Assembly (NCBI GenBank): GCA_022868165.1
Contig: JALHYA010000010.1
Coordinates: 375 to 64,374, forward strand
Reading direction: 5' to 3'
Length of the DNA stretch: 64,000 bases
Origin: Patescibacteria group bacterium
GTDB lineage: Bacteria; Patescibacteriota; Microgenomatia; UBA8517
The position numbers were made by a program, and so were the translations under genes. The notes beneath the pieces are model-generated. The model searched no databases. It was not told the origin of the DNA and saw only the letters and a program-made list of their open reading frames with translations. Of the stretch, positions 1 through 10,900 are shown in pieces. Each line of letters opens with the position of its first letter. Within the stretch, counting starts at the first letter, position 1.

Positions 1-3000
1 GTGCTGACGGTTCCGTACTGGGGAACCCTTTGGAGCATTACTCTCTGGTTCGTAGTTGCGGTTCCCAAGTTGGTATCATCGCTTGCCCCGTTTCCGTAGT
101 ATTTTTTCTTAGCAGTTGTAAAGGTAACCACATTACTTGAGACGGAGTAAATTTTCATAAATTCGTAATTTCCAGTATTTGTACTGTTTGTTGATATTCC
201 TTGTAGGTTACTCATAAGGGCGATGTCTCCCGCGGAAAGACAACCGGTTGCCGGGGTAGAGGAGAGGGTGGCGGTGGTTACCGTATGGCCGTGTATGTTT
301 GTGGTAGTACTAAGAGAGGATATATTGTAGTTGATAGCTTCGGCACAAGTATCACCGGCAGCGGTATTTATAAAGGTATTGAGATTCGTGTTGGTGGTAA
401 AGGTAATATTTCCGTCTCTGCCATCCCCGGTAATTGAGCCTATTGTTAAATACCTTCTTACCCACCCCGTTCCGGGAGTGTTGTTTTGTGCTTTTTGGCT
501 GGTTTCTGTTCCGAATATCCATCCGTCCCCGTCAGCATCCTGTACCCAGAGATTGGTTTCTTTTATCTGCCCTCCGTCTTCAAATCTCCACCAGGCGATG
601 GAGCCGTTTCCGGTGGGGTTGGGTGCATAGTTCATATCTTCGGCAATCTGAGTTACGGAGCGGGCATAGTTGTAGATACGAACATCGTCAAATACTCCTT
701 TTGCATAGGCACCTCCGCACGTTGCCGCTCTTCCAATATTCATGTCACTGGTATTGGTAGGTAAATCCATGTTAAATGAGCCAGGGGTTCCTTCTAATTG
801 GCCGTTTATGTATATATAAACTTTTTGCGCAGCTTTATCATAAACCCCGGCTAGGTGATACCATGTCCCAACCTGGGCCGTAGTGGTTGAAATAGTGCTT
901 GCCCCTTGGCCAGGAGTGTTGGTGGCAACTTGAGAAATGAATCTCTGTGAGCCTTCCACCCCGTTGTCCATATATAAACCCCAAAGGATCCAAGGATCTG
1001 CACAAGGACTAACCTCCTTAGCAATTAATCGAGTCCAGTCACTACCCTTTCCGTTATATTTGAACCATGTTTCAAGAGTCAATGAACCAGTAAGGTTTAG
1101 AGAGGAACTGGCAGGTACGGCTATATAATCACTCGTTCCATTGAAACTTCTGGCTCGAGAGTATTTTCCGGCAACAACTATAGCTCCATTTGCTCTGCCT
1201 TCATTGCTGGTACCTGAATAATCCCTAACATTTCCTCCGCTCCCTTGGGTTAAGTCGTTAATTGCGATTGAACCTCCGGTTTCAATTATTATTGAATAAT
1301 CGTCGTTTCTGACTATTTGCTGGTCTTTTTTAATAGTAAGAGTTTTATATTGTTTTATTGTGATATCACCGTGGTCGGCTCCGTCTATATTGGTTTCCGG
1401 AGATGAAAGAAGGGTATTGGGGAAGTAGCAATTTTCGGTAAGGGCAAAACTTCCTCCAAGAATCGGCTTACAGGAACTCCATGTTGAAGATATATTTGAG
1501 GTTGTTACCGTATAATTTATGGTGATGTCGTCTAATGTGGGAGTTGTTATCCCGTCTCCGGTAAAAACGACTTTGTAGTAGAAGTTTCCTCCCGTCCAAC
1601 CTAGAGGAGCTAGGCTTATGGTGTTATTGTAGCCGGTTGTTAAATTATCAGTTCCACCAACTGCGCCCGATGAGTTATACCAAACAGTTCCGTCGTTGGA
1701 GAAAGCTACCGTTGCCGTCGTGACGCCGGGTAGGGTAGCGAGGTTATATATAAAACTATTGATACTGCTTATATTTTGGATACCAGCGAGAAGGTTCGTC
1801 GAAATTATGGTGGAGGAGGTGAGGTAGGTAAAGTTATTCATATCGGCTTGAATTTCAGCCTGGGTGCGGGCGTAGTTGTAGATGCGAACATCGTCGATTT
1901 GGCCGTTGAAAAATCGACTTGCTGCATTTGGGTCATTCCCGATGATGAGAGTTGCTGTGGTTGAGGTTACAAAATTGCTTCCAGTGGGAGCGGTAGCACC
2001 TACATTTCCATCGACGTAGATTTTTGCAGTCGTACCGTCATAGGTAGCAGCAATGTGATGCCAAGCATTATCTTTTACATTTGTTGAGCTTGCGGGGCTA
2101 ATATATGTAGTGCCATTGTAGAAGTCGGCCCTAACGCCGCCACCAGTATGGATACTCATCTGATAGCCGTTATTTCCACTTACCTTATAAATTATTCCTG
2201 AATAATCATTGGTCGCTGCGGTCTTTATCCAGGCCTCCAACGTAATCGAGCCAGCGATGTTTAAGCTGGTAGACTGAGGTGCTGAAATATAATCGGTTGT
2301 TCCATTAAAACTTCTCGCGTTTACATATTTTCCTGCAACAATATTTGTTGGAGTTGGGTAACGTACAATGACGATGCCGGACCCGCCATCCCCACCCTTG
2401 TTAGTGGCATTATAGTGTGAACCTCCTCCGCCTCCGCCACCCGTATTTGCTCCAGCGTTACCTCCGGGCGTGTTAGTTTGAGCGTTGATAACACCTCCAC
2501 CACCGGGAGAACCATTATTTAAACCGGAACCCCCTGTTGTAGTGCAAACAGCACCACCTCCGCCCCCTCCCGCACCGCCATTTCCTCCACAGCTGGAGTA
2601 ACCACCGCCTCCACCTCCACCGCCCCAGTAGAGACTGGTACCGTTTATTGAGCTTTGAAAACCCGCACCTCCGTTTGCCTGATTATTTCCACTTGCTCCG
2701 ACGGCTCCGGCACCACCTCCACCACCCGAATAATACTGATTTCCTTGATTTCCTCCTGCATATCCTTGTCCGCCAGTTCCGGCTCCTCCAGTTACAGTCC
2801 CTGGGGCTACAGGCTGATTATTGTATCCTGATGCTCCTCCACCAGAACCTCCGGCCGCGCCCGCCGACCCTGGAGTATAGGTATTTGGGGAACTTCCGCC
2901 ACGTCCTCCGCCAACGGCGGTTAGGGTACCAAAGACGGAATCCTGACCATTTGTGGCAGAGAGAATAAATTGGTGGACTGTAGGGTTTCCGTTGGCACTC

Positions 3001-6000
3001 CCAGCCGGTGCACCAAAACCTCCCGCACCTACATTTACCGTGATCGGCGTATTGGCGGTACAAGCATATGTCGCATTGTAAATAACCCCACCGCCTCCAC
3101 CTCCGCCACCCATATCCATACCGCCTCCACCTCCGCCGGCAACTGCAAGGACTTCAACATTACCGCTTGATGTGCAGGTGAAAGACACGTTTTGAACGGG
3201 GGTGATAATGACTTTTCCGGGAGCACCATTGGTTGCGGCGGGTCCACCCGTCCCCGATCTGCCGTTATCTGTATCCGTTGCGTTTGCGGGAGTAGCGCCA
3301 CTTCCCGCGGTTGTTGTGGCATTAGTTACCCCGGTTCCTCCGATATATCCCGATCCACCACCTCCGCCTCCCATATCATTGGCTTCCTGGTAGCCTCCTG
3401 CACCTCCGCCGTACCATCCGCCTCCTCCGCCTCCGCCGTAAGAATAGGGTGAAGCGGGGTGTCCGCCTGTGGGTTGTACTCCGGCAGTACCGGGATAGGT
3501 GGCGCATGATCCTCCTGCGCCCCCGGAAGCCTGCCCACCGCCTTTACCCGCACACGATTGGGTATAGGAGATTCCATCAGCCCCTGTTGAACCTCCACCA
3601 GCACCACCCTGTTGTCCGTTTACTGCGCGGCTTGATCCGCCACCTCCACCACCGCCAGCAGTAAGGTAATCGACGCCACTATAACGAATAGCAGAACGAC
3701 CACCACCTTGACCACCATAACGGCAGTCCGTTCCACCACAAGAAAGACCGCCCCCGCCGTAACTATTGGCGGGATTTGAGACTGATCCATTACCTCCGCC
3801 AGCACCCACCATTACCGTTAGAACTTGGTCGGGTGTAACCGCTAGTGTGCCTGTGGTATATCCGCCACCTCCACCAGGAAAGCCGTAAGTCCAGCCACCG
3901 AGATTACCGCCTCCACCACCTCCACCCCACATTTTGACGGTAATCGACGTTACTCCAGCAGGTACTGTATATGATTGGTCTGCTCCGCTATAGAAGAAAG
4001 CGGACCTGCCACTTGAGGTAAATGTATGGATAGTGTATCCACCAGAATAGGTAATAACTCCGCCGGTGGCGCTTGTTGCATTATATGTCCCGTTATTTCC
4101 GTTTCCCGAAGAATCAGCAACTGAAACTCCTGATGTCTCATCTATTTTCCAGAATCCTGCATTTGGGACAAAAGTGTTTATTTTTACCTGACTGCCGGCG
4201 ACCTGATATCCGGATGAGGAACCTGTATTTATTTTGGATGTGTTATCGTATGGGTCGGTTCCGTTGGTTGAACTGTCGGTAAATCCAGTAACTGTGTAAC
4301 TTAAGCTTATATCATCCAAAACTGGGGTAAAGGAGCCGTTACCAGTAAATGCGATTTTGTAATAGAAGTTTGCCCCGGACCAGCCCAGATTGTGAACGTT
4401 TATTGTATTATTTTCCCCGGTTGTTAAATCGTCTGTTCCGTCCGTTCCTGCAGAGTTATACCAGCCAGTAGTACCATTTTGACTGAATTGGATGGTTGCG
4501 GTTGTTGTCCCTACGGGTTTTGAGGAGAGGTTATATGAAATAGTATCAATGCTGTCTATTCCGGTAAGACCAGTAAGGACATTTGTTGATTGGACAGTGG
4601 AGGATGTAACATAGGTTGGAGTCAGTTGGTTACTTGTCGCTGCGGGATTGGCACTACCCGAGGTTGTAGTAACGTAGGTTGTTGCGATTCTTCCTACCCC
4701 GCCATTTCCTCCGTTTGATGAAGCCGTTCCCCCGGTAGCAGCCACCAGGTTTGTGCCTAGGGTTAAGCTTGCGGCTGCTTCCAGTTTAACGCTACCTCCT
4801 GAACCTCCTCCGCCACCCTGAGCTCCCGTTCCGTTTGCACCGTTAGACTGGATACTGCCGGTAACACTGACTGTATCGGCAGCAACATAGACGATACCAC
4901 CACCTCTGCCTCCTATCCCGGGTGAGACTCCGTATGCCCCAGCTCCGCCGCCAGAACCCAACATCAAGTTGGAAAGATTGGCGACTCCGTATGTTCCACC
5001 TCCACCTCCACCACCACCATTGCCGTAAACAGAATCCGAACCACCATTACCTGAAGTGCCGGTTCCTCCGTCGACACCCGTGCAAGGGGAGCCCCAACAT
5101 ACACCTCCATAACCGAAAGTGCCGTGACCTGCGCCACCGCCGGTTCCGGTTACTCCGCCCCCACCACCACCAGCCCCTCCTTTGGTGGCGGATCCGTTTG
5201 CAATAACGCCGGCATTTCCTCCGGCTCCACCTCCCCCTCCACAATATCCATAACCGCCAACAGTCCACATATTTCCTGATCCCCCTCCTCCTGCTGCTCC
5301 ATTTTCCGGTGCATAAGTATTATCAACCGATCCATGGCCGCCCACACCGCAAAATGATTCTCCTCCTTCTCCTCCTGCCTTTGGGTCTATACCTCTAGTA
5401 TCTCCACCCCGGAAGGCGGTACCAGAAGTGCTTATGGTTCCCGCCACCGTTACCGCCCCTCTGGCCCTAAAGGCTAAAATTCCTCCCTTTCCACCATTCC
5501 AAGAGCCGGCAGAAAGTGTATATCCGCTGTTGACGGTTACATCTACATAATTTGGAACCCGCTGGACGGTTACTCTCTGTCCCGTAAGAGTTGAATTTGA
5601 ATCTGTTGCCCCGTAGATTTTTTGAACATTCGAAGTAAACGTGATTGTATTTCCCGAAACGCTCTGAACAGTCAAGAATTCATAATTTCCGACATTGCCA
5701 TTATTGGTCCCGTCTCCTTGTTGGCTAATTAGCATTACTTCATCTCCGGCTACGATTCCATTGGGGTCGGTGCTGCCCCTGACTTCCATTTCGGTAAAGT
5801 TAAGATAGTCAGAAACGGTCATTAGAAGTCTGACATACTTTCCAGAGGTGGGGGTGATATCCATGGTTGTAGGTCTGCCTGCCTGTGTATTGACAGCTGT
5901 ATAGACGTCAACCTGTTCTCCAGCAAAAGCCCCGGTTGTTGAGACCTGGATTTTGTAGTTGTCAACTCGATCTCGGCAGCAGGTGAACCTGTTCCAGAGC

Positions 6001-6512
6001 TTAATTTGAGTGATGGTTGAGGTAGCCCCAAGGTCAACTTTCCACCAGCCGACCTCACTATTAGTATGGCAAACATTAAGCAGGTCGCCATCGTTACAAA
6101 GATTGGCGCTTAAACCGCTATAAACACTGCTTTGGCTTGATGTTTTATTAAGAGCCAGTAAACTATTCCCTGTAGTTACACTGTTTGCTCCTATTGTGAG
6201 AACATCGTAATTTACTCCGTCTGCATAAGATCTTCCCGCGGCTATTATGTCTGTATTAATATTTTTGTTGGCTGAAATGGTTACCGACTCGTCAGCACCA
6301 TCTCCTGTGTCGAGATTGGCATACTTAAGTTTAAGTTGCCCGTTGGTAAGCTGGTAATTGGAAGAACTTCCGGTATTTATTTTTGAAAAGCCGGCAAACG
6401 AATCAGAAACCGTAGCAGCAAAAACAGGAGTTGGTCCCATACTCAAAGACACGGAAAACATTAAAAGTGCAAGTAGAATGGCTTTTTGAATTTTCTTTAT
6501 TCTTTTTTTCAT
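1..6512 (-). CDS. Giant secreted surface protein, partial. Starts with ATG at 6510-6512 and runs off the left edge with no stop. Signal peptide, discoidin (F5/8 type C)-like domain, Gly-rich repeat region, at least two LamG/concanavalin-A-like domains.
   Basis: Minus-strand frame open from ATG (plus 'cat' ~6510-6512) to position 1. N-term MKKRIKKIQKAILLALLMFSVSLSMG is signal-like. 'VGWWKVDLGATSTITQIKLWNR...YKIQVS' is a discoidin motif. 'FNGQIDDVRIYNYARTQAEI' (RC of ~1890-1960) and 'FDDVRIYNYARS' are LamG motifs. The ORF track omits it only because it lacks a stop in the window. The short ORFs in 1-6500 are antisense or alternate-frame artefacts of the Gly-rich GGN codons. Confidence 0.75.
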   Translation of the reverse strand, partial: MKKRIKKIQKAILLALLMFSVSLSMGPTPVFAATVSDSFAGFSKINTGSSSNYQLTNGQLKLKYANLDTGDGADESVTISANKNINTDIIAAGRSYADGVNYDVLTIGANSVTTGNSLLALNKTSSQSSVYSGLSANLCNDGDLLNVCHTNSEVGWWKVDLGATSTITQIKLWNRFTCCRDRVDNYKIQVSTTGAFAGEQVDVYTAVNTQAGRPTTMDITPTSGKYVRLLMTVSDYLNFTEMEVRGSTDPNGIVAGDEVMLISQQGDGTNNGNVGNYEFLTVQSVSGNTITFTSNVQKIYGATDSNSTLTGQRVTVQRVPNYVDVTVNSGYTLSAGSWNGGKGGILAFRARGAVTVAGTISTSGTAFRGGDTRGIDPKAGGEGGESFCGVGGHGSVDNTYAPENGAAGGGGSGNMWTVGGYGYCGGGGGAGGNAGVIANGSATKGGAGGGGGGVTGTGGGAGHGTFGYGGVCWGSPCTGVDGGTGTSGNGGSDSVYGNGGGGGGGGTYGVANLSNLMLGSGGGAGAYGVSPGIGGRGGGIVYVAADTVSVTGSIQSNGANGTGAQGGGGGSGGSVKLEAAASLTLGTNLVAATGGTASSNGGNGGVGRIATTYVTTTSGSANPAATSNQLTPTYVTSSTVQSTNVLTGLTGIDSIDTISYNLSSKPVGTTTATIQFSQNGTTGWYNSAGTDGTDDLTTGENNTINVHNLGWSGANFYYKIAFTGNGSFTPVLDDISLSYTVTGFTDSSTNGTDPYDNTSKINTGSSSGYQVAGSQVKINTFVPNAGFWKIDETSGVSVADSSGNGNNGTYNATSATGGVITYSGGYTIHTFTSSGRSAFFYSGADQSYTVPAGVTSITVKMWGGGGGGGNLGGWTYGFPGGGGGYTTGTLAVTPDQVLTVMVGAGGGNGSVSNPANSYGGGGLSCGGTDCRYGGQGGGRSAIRYSGVDYLTAGGGGGGGSSRAVNGQQGGAGGGSTGADGISYTQSCAGKGGGQASGGAGGSCATYPGTAGVQPTGGHPASPYSYGGGGGGGWYGGGAGGYQEANDMGGGGGGSGYIGGTGVTNATTTAGSGATPANATDTDNGRSGTGGPAATNGAPGKVIITPVQNVSFTCTSSGNVEVLAVAGGGGGGMDMGGGGGGGGVIYNATYACTANTPITVNVGAGGFGAPAGSANGNPTVHQFILSATNGQDSVFGTLTAVGGGRGGSSPNTYTPGSAGAAGGSGGGASGYNNQPVAPGTVTGGAGTGGQGYAGGNQGNQYYSGGGGGAGAVGASGNNQANGGAGFQSSINGTSLYWGGGGGGGGYSSCGGNGGAGGGGGGAVCTTTGGSGLNNGSPGGGGVINAQTNTPGGNAGANTGGGGGGGSHYNATNKGGDGGSGIVIVRYPTPTNIVAGKYVNARSFNGTTDYISAPQSTSLNIAGSITLEAWIKTAATNDYSGIIYKVSGNNGYQMSIHTGGGVRADFYNGTTYISPASSTNVKDNAWHHIAATYDGTTAKIYVDGNVGATAPTGSNFVTSTTATLIIGNDPNAASRFFNGQIDDVRIYNYARTQAEIQADMNNFTYLTSSTIISTNLLAGIQNISSINSFIYNLATLPGVTTATVAFSNDGTVWYNSSGAVGGTDNLTTGYNNTISLAPLGWTGGNFYYKVVFTGDGITTPTLDDITINYTVTTSNISSTWSSCKPILGGSFALTENCYFPNTLLSSPETNIDGADHGDITIKQYKTLTIKKDQQIVRNDDYSIIIETGGSIAINDLTQGSGGNVRDYSGTSNEGRANGAIVVAGKYSRARSFNGTSDYIAVPASSSLNLTGSLTLETWFKYNGKGSDWTRLIAKEVSPCADPWILWGLYMDNGVEGSQRFISQVATNTPGQGASTISTTTAQVGTWYHLAGVYDKAAQKVYIYINGQLEGTPGSFNMDLPTNTSDMNIGRAATCGGAYAKGVFDDVRIYNYARSVTQIAEDMNYAPNPTGNGSIAWWRFEDGGQIKETNLWVQDADGDGWIFGTETSQKAQNNTPGTGWVRRYLTIGSITGDGRDGNITFTTNTNLNTFINTAAGDTCAEAINYNISSLSTTTNIHGHTVTTATLSSTPATGCLSAGDIALMSNLQGISTNSTNTGNYEFMKIYSVSSNVVTFTTAKKKYYGNGASDDTNLGTATTNQRVMLQRVPQYGTVS

Positions 6513-7042
6513 CTTAAGGTGACTGTTGCGCTTTGAACGAGATTTTGTTCGTTTTTGACCTTCACCGTTACTCTGTAAATGTAGTTATACGAGTTTTCTA
6601 CTTTCCAAGTTCCTTTCCATTCCCCGTCGGTAGGAGTCCCGGATGATAATTGCAGGGGATAGGTGGTATCTTTGTAGTCGTCCGTGTGAAGAACAACTTC
6701 GACTCCCTTAATAGGACTTGTGTAGTTTGCCTTGACGATTATGGATTGGTTTGAACCCACTTCTGGATCTTCCGGGTCAAGTATCACCTCTGAAATTGTC
6801 GGAAGGCCTTGTACTCCTCCGCTAGTCCTATATAGCTGGGTTCCGTGGCCGATCGGGGGTGGGGTAGTGGTATAGGCGGACCAGATATTTTGTATAGGAG
6901 TTGGCGTGGGAAAGAGATTGGCGAGCTTGCCCGTGCGTAGCATATAGAAATAGACGCCCCCCAAAACCGCGGCGATAATGGCAACGATGATGAATATCCA
7001 GAAAATTAAAGGCGGCCGCTTTGTAGGCAGGTTGTTGTCCAT
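6509..7042 (-). CDS. Membrane-anchored protein: N-terminal TM helix plus an extracytoplasmic beta-rich domain.
   Basis: 177-aa ORF. Hydrophobic segment LIFWIFIIVAIIAAVLGGVYFYML. Its TGA stop overlaps the downstream ATG (ATGA), giving translational coupling to the partial giant gene. Confidence 0.6.
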   Translation of the reverse strand: MDNNLPTKRPPLIFWIFIIVAIIAAVLGGVYFYMLRTGKLANLFPTPTPIQNIWSAYTTTPPPIGHGTQLYRTSGGVQGLPTISEVILDPEDPEVGSNQSIIVKANYTSPIKGVEVVLHTDDYKDTTYPLQLSSGTPTDGEWKGTWKVENSYNYIYRVTVKVKNEQNLVQSATVTLR

Positions 7043-7112
7043 AACAAATTTAGTCCTCTTAAGGGCTGTTAATCTATTAAAGATAGTATGGGGGAGGAAG
7101 TCAAGCTCATTT

Positions 7113-7572
7113 TTAATCTACAAATCCGACAAATCTGCAAATCTACAAATCAATTGCAAATGTTAGAATTAATAAATGAATAAATATTCAAATACGGATA
7201 AAGATATTCACGCACGAATTTATAAATTTACAATAGAATGCTTTTGGGAAGTGGTAAGAAAGATTCCCAAATCTACAGAAAATATTCCGATTATAAGCCA
7301 GGTTTCTTCTTCTTTGACCTCTATCGGAGCTAATGATCAAGAGGCCGATGCTGCAAACTCGAAGAAGGATTTTATTGCAAAATATATGATTGTTAAGAAA
7401 GAAACTAAGGAGACTAAATATTGGCTTAGCTTTATTAAAGATTCTGCTCTAATTAAAGAGAATATTATTCAGCCCCACATAGACGAATGCCAGGAAATTC
7501 TTCTAATAGTAAGTAAAATTATCGAAAATACGAGGCGCTAATTTCACCATTAAACCATTTATTTGTAGATTA
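7113..7572. repeat. Cassette of about 460 bp bounded by perfect 12-bp inverted repeats, TAATCTACAAAT (7113-7124, plus a second direct copy ~7139-7150) and ATTTGTAGATTA (7561-7572). It encloses the four-helix-bundle gene.
   Basis: Direct reading of the sequence. The right repeat overlaps the arsR stop codon. Confidence 0.45.
7176..7541 (+). CDS. Four-helix-bundle protein (TIGR02436 family, formerly '23S rRNA intervening-sequence protein').
   Basis: 121 aa. 'SSLTSIGANDQEADAANSKKDFIAKYMIVKKETKETKYWLSFIKDSALI' matches the family core (SIGANIAEG...SKKDFI...ETEYWL). It is the only plus-strand gene inside a minus-strand operon. Confidence 0.7.
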   Translation: MNKYSNTDKDIHARIYKFTIECFWEVVRKIPKSTENIPIISQVSSSLTSIGANDQEADAANSKKDFIAKYMIVKKETKETKYWLSFIKDSALIKENIIQPHIDECQEILLIVSKIIENTRR

Positions 7573-7869
7573 GATGATGCCTTTAGCTCTGAGAGCTTCA
7601 ATAACATTGCAAGGTTCAACAATTCCGGGGTCAATGCATTTGTAAAATATCTTTTGGCCCTCTCGTCTGTGAGTAACAAGCTTGTTTAGCCTAAGGAGAG
7701 CCAGATGTTGTGAGAGATTGGCCTTGCGGATTCCTACTTCTTTTGCAATATCGTCAACCGAGCGCTCGCGGTCCTTAATACAATTCAGTACTTCCAACCG
7801 TTTGCCATTGGAAAGCACCTTATATATATCCGCATACATTTCATACATCTGTTTCGTCTGTTTGGTCAT
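7570..7869 (-). CDS. ArsR/SmtB-family transcriptional regulator. Likely start is the internal Met; the track ORF extends to 7908.
   Basis: 'GKRLEVLNCIKDRERSVDDIAKEVGIRKANLSQHLALLRLNKLVTHRREGQKIFY' is the winged-HTH ArsR signature. Confidence 0.7.
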   Translation of the reverse strand: MTKQTKQMYEMYADIYKVLSNGKRLEVLNCIKDRERSVDDIAKEVGIRKANLSQHLALLRLNKLVTHRREGQKIFYKCIDPGIVEPCNVIEALRAKGII

Positions 7870-7968
7870 TTGAAACCATATTAAAGAACTGCAAGAAAGC
7901 CGTGTCAAGTGGTATTTTAGCTTCGAGCTTATATTATTAGAAATTTTTGGGGTACGATGAAATTTCGG

Positions 7969-10900
7969 TTACTGCTTCACATCTATCACCCACCAATTGA
8001 AGGTCACATCAACATTAATTGGATTGGAAAAGCCCACGGTAAAGTAGCCCGCCCCCTTACTTTTTACATAAAGAACATTGTTGAGCGTAGAGGATGTTGG
8101 TGTTACATATACTAATGTATAGTCTGATATAGAAGGATTCTTTATGGTAATCTCCGAGACTCCTGCGTTGATTATTGCCTGTCCCGCGGTTGCGTTAGTT
8201 GTTATTGTCCCATTGATGTCAGCGGAGGCAGTTGCCGCTTGTACAGCCAAGATAAACTTATCGGCGGAAACGCTGTTAAATGTAGCCGAGCCGGAGGCGT
8301 CGATGGAAGCGGCCACGGGATTGTTGATAGACCGAACGGTCAGGCCGGAAGATTCGACTACGCCTGCAACATAGAGATTTCCTTCAATTTGAACGTCTCC
8401 GTTTGTTAAAACTTTGACTTTGCCGGCCATAATTTCGACAGGAGCCATTGCTAAAGATTGCAAAGAAAGAGGAGCGCTTAAGGAGTTTACAGTATTCAGT
8501 ATTCCGTATTGGGTATTTTGGGATTGAAAAACCAGGTCGGTACCGACAGAGATAGAAGTAGAAACAGAAAGCGAGTTTATCGCTGCCTGGTCTGTCACGA
8601 AGAGATTTTGGATATTAGCAATTGCCGACGACCCCGTCGCGGTGTTAGCGTTCCAAGTTGCGGCTTGGGCCAGAAGGTTTTGGTCTTGCTCGACTTGATG
8701 CAGGAGATTTTGGATATCATCGAGCGTGGTTGATTTAATATCATCGGCGTATAAAGTGCCGGCAATACTGGCACTACTTGTAACTTGTAACTTGTCACTA
8801 GTAACTTGCCCAGAGAAGCTGGCGTTCCCGGCAGTATCCACCGATGCCACTGCGCTTCCCGAAGCATTTTGTATTACCAATTGACCGGAGTCGGTACCTG
8901 CCCCTCCGATTTGTACGGCTACATCCGTCTGGTCAGGGAGCGGTGATATCAAACGGGTTCGAACTGTATCAATATCTGCAAGTGGGGAGATAATTTTATT
9001 AGCTGTTAGCAAGTTTGAGGTTACTTCCTGAACTTGAATAGCTCCAGCCAGAATATTTCCAGCTATCAGATTTCCGAAAGCACCCAACTCGTCGATTATT
9101 TGTCCGGCTTTTGTCCATATACTGTATACAATATTTTGTATACCGTATGCCTGCTGAGATACAATTTCAAAATCTGCTAAAGAAGGAATTACCGGCGGTT
9201 TAACATCCCCGTTTGGATTAACAGTCAAATTTTCATCCTTGATATCAAAACCGGTTGCGCTCGGGTTATCGTTGAGATTTGTCCAGGTCGTATAGTCAAA
9301 TCGTGGGGCGGTGAGCCTATATGAAACTGTTGTTGGCCTGGCAGTATATATAGATAGCAAGTAGTTTCGAGTATCGACATCGTACCAAGCCCTCGTATTG
9401 CCTGCGGGGGAGAGGAGAACAACCATTTTGCCCATGTTATTTTTAAGATTTGTGGTTTTTGAAAATAGCCACAAATCCGAGCCGTTCTGTGCGTCTTTGA
9501 AGTCAATTGAATGACGATATCCGACACCCGGCACAAATTCGTCTGTCGAAACATTTCCGGTAGTTTCCTCTTTGACTCCTGTCATTCCGGAAAGATAAGT
9601 AGCGTAGCGCGTGCCGCCGATATTATAGACAGGGTCAATAGTTCCTATATCAACTTTGCCGGTTCCACCGCCGATCGTAAGCATAGTTCCGGAGCCGGTT
9701 GCTGTTATGTTTCCGTTATTTGCAATTGTGAATTTGGTGCTGCCCGAAAACGAGGCTGTAAATATATCTCCGCCGGCTTGCTGATCGACAATTAATGCTG
9801 CTTGCCCGACGTTTCCAGTGTTAATAGGATTTGTAACCATCCAATTTCCGGCCGTCAGCTCGTGGGGAGTTGTTTTTTCATTGGCCGGAAAAATAATCGT
9901 TCCTGTGCCGGTATTGTCGGCTATTTGGGAAATCCCACCGCCGACTCCATCCGCACTATCGAGAAAAAGAGTGCCTCTGAATTCGGTATCGCCTGAGAAT
10001 ATTACCCAGTCTGTAGTGGAACCCCCAAAATGGTCGGGGATTGCACTGCCGAATCTAGAATAAGCCTGACTGGTGGCGGGGATTGTGCCCGGGGTCCAAG
10101 CGGCGCCAATCTGCAAAAATCCGGTTGCCGTTAAATCTCCGGCTTTGGAGACTACCATTTTTGTTACGGAAGAAGCAGAAGCGGTTAATATGTCTTGGCT
10201 TTCGGGCTGATTGAAAATTGCCAGAGCCTTGCCGGTAAGCGCACCGTCGTTGGTAACATAAAGTTTGGAAATAATGTCTGCCGTTGTCGTTGTGCCGATT
10301 CCGACTTGATAATCCGCATTGGTAGTATAAATAAAAGGATTAGATAGAGTCCAACCTGTTGCAGCACCTGCAGAAATACAATCTACCCAAGAGCCGCCCT
10401 GGTAGCAGCGGAATTTGGGCGTTCCCGATGAATTGTAGTAAACTGCTCCTGCCGTTCCTGCAGGGTCTCCCGCATCATTTTTAATATCCAAAGCTAGAAG
10501 GTCCGGATTGCTCGAACCCGCTCCGTCGCCGATTTGAATATGCCCCGTGTCTGCTCCGAATGACTCTAGAAAGATGTTGCCGGTTGTAAGGCCGCCTAGG
10601 GTTAAGCTTTGGTTGGCTGTTGTGGCCAGGTTTCCGTCGGCCGTTAGATAAGTTGCTCCTGCGGCCCCGGCAGAGATAGAAGCTGTCGGTGGGCTTGCTA
10701 AATCTACGTTTATGAAGGCAAACTTGGCCGAATCCGTAGAATTCCCGCCGATTAGAACATCTTCGGTAAGATTTTTGGGATAAATTACTCCGCCGTTGGT
10801 GGGAGCGGTTCCTTCCGCCCATAGACCGCTTGTAGTACAGCCGGCCCCCGAAGTATCGCAGACCTGGTTTGCGCCTTGATAAATCAATTGACCATGTATT

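Noticed and set aside
331-6091. Many 60-100-aa ORFs on both strands in 1-6500 (for example 331-630, 2648-2968, 3035-3322, 4922-5206, 5047-5268).
   Set aside because: They lie in alternate or antisense frames of the partial giant gene. Their Gly/Pro/Arg/Trp-rich, low-complexity translations are what GGN-rich coding sequence gives off-frame. The real minus-strand frame is open over the whole interval and was omitted from the track only because it has no stop in the window.
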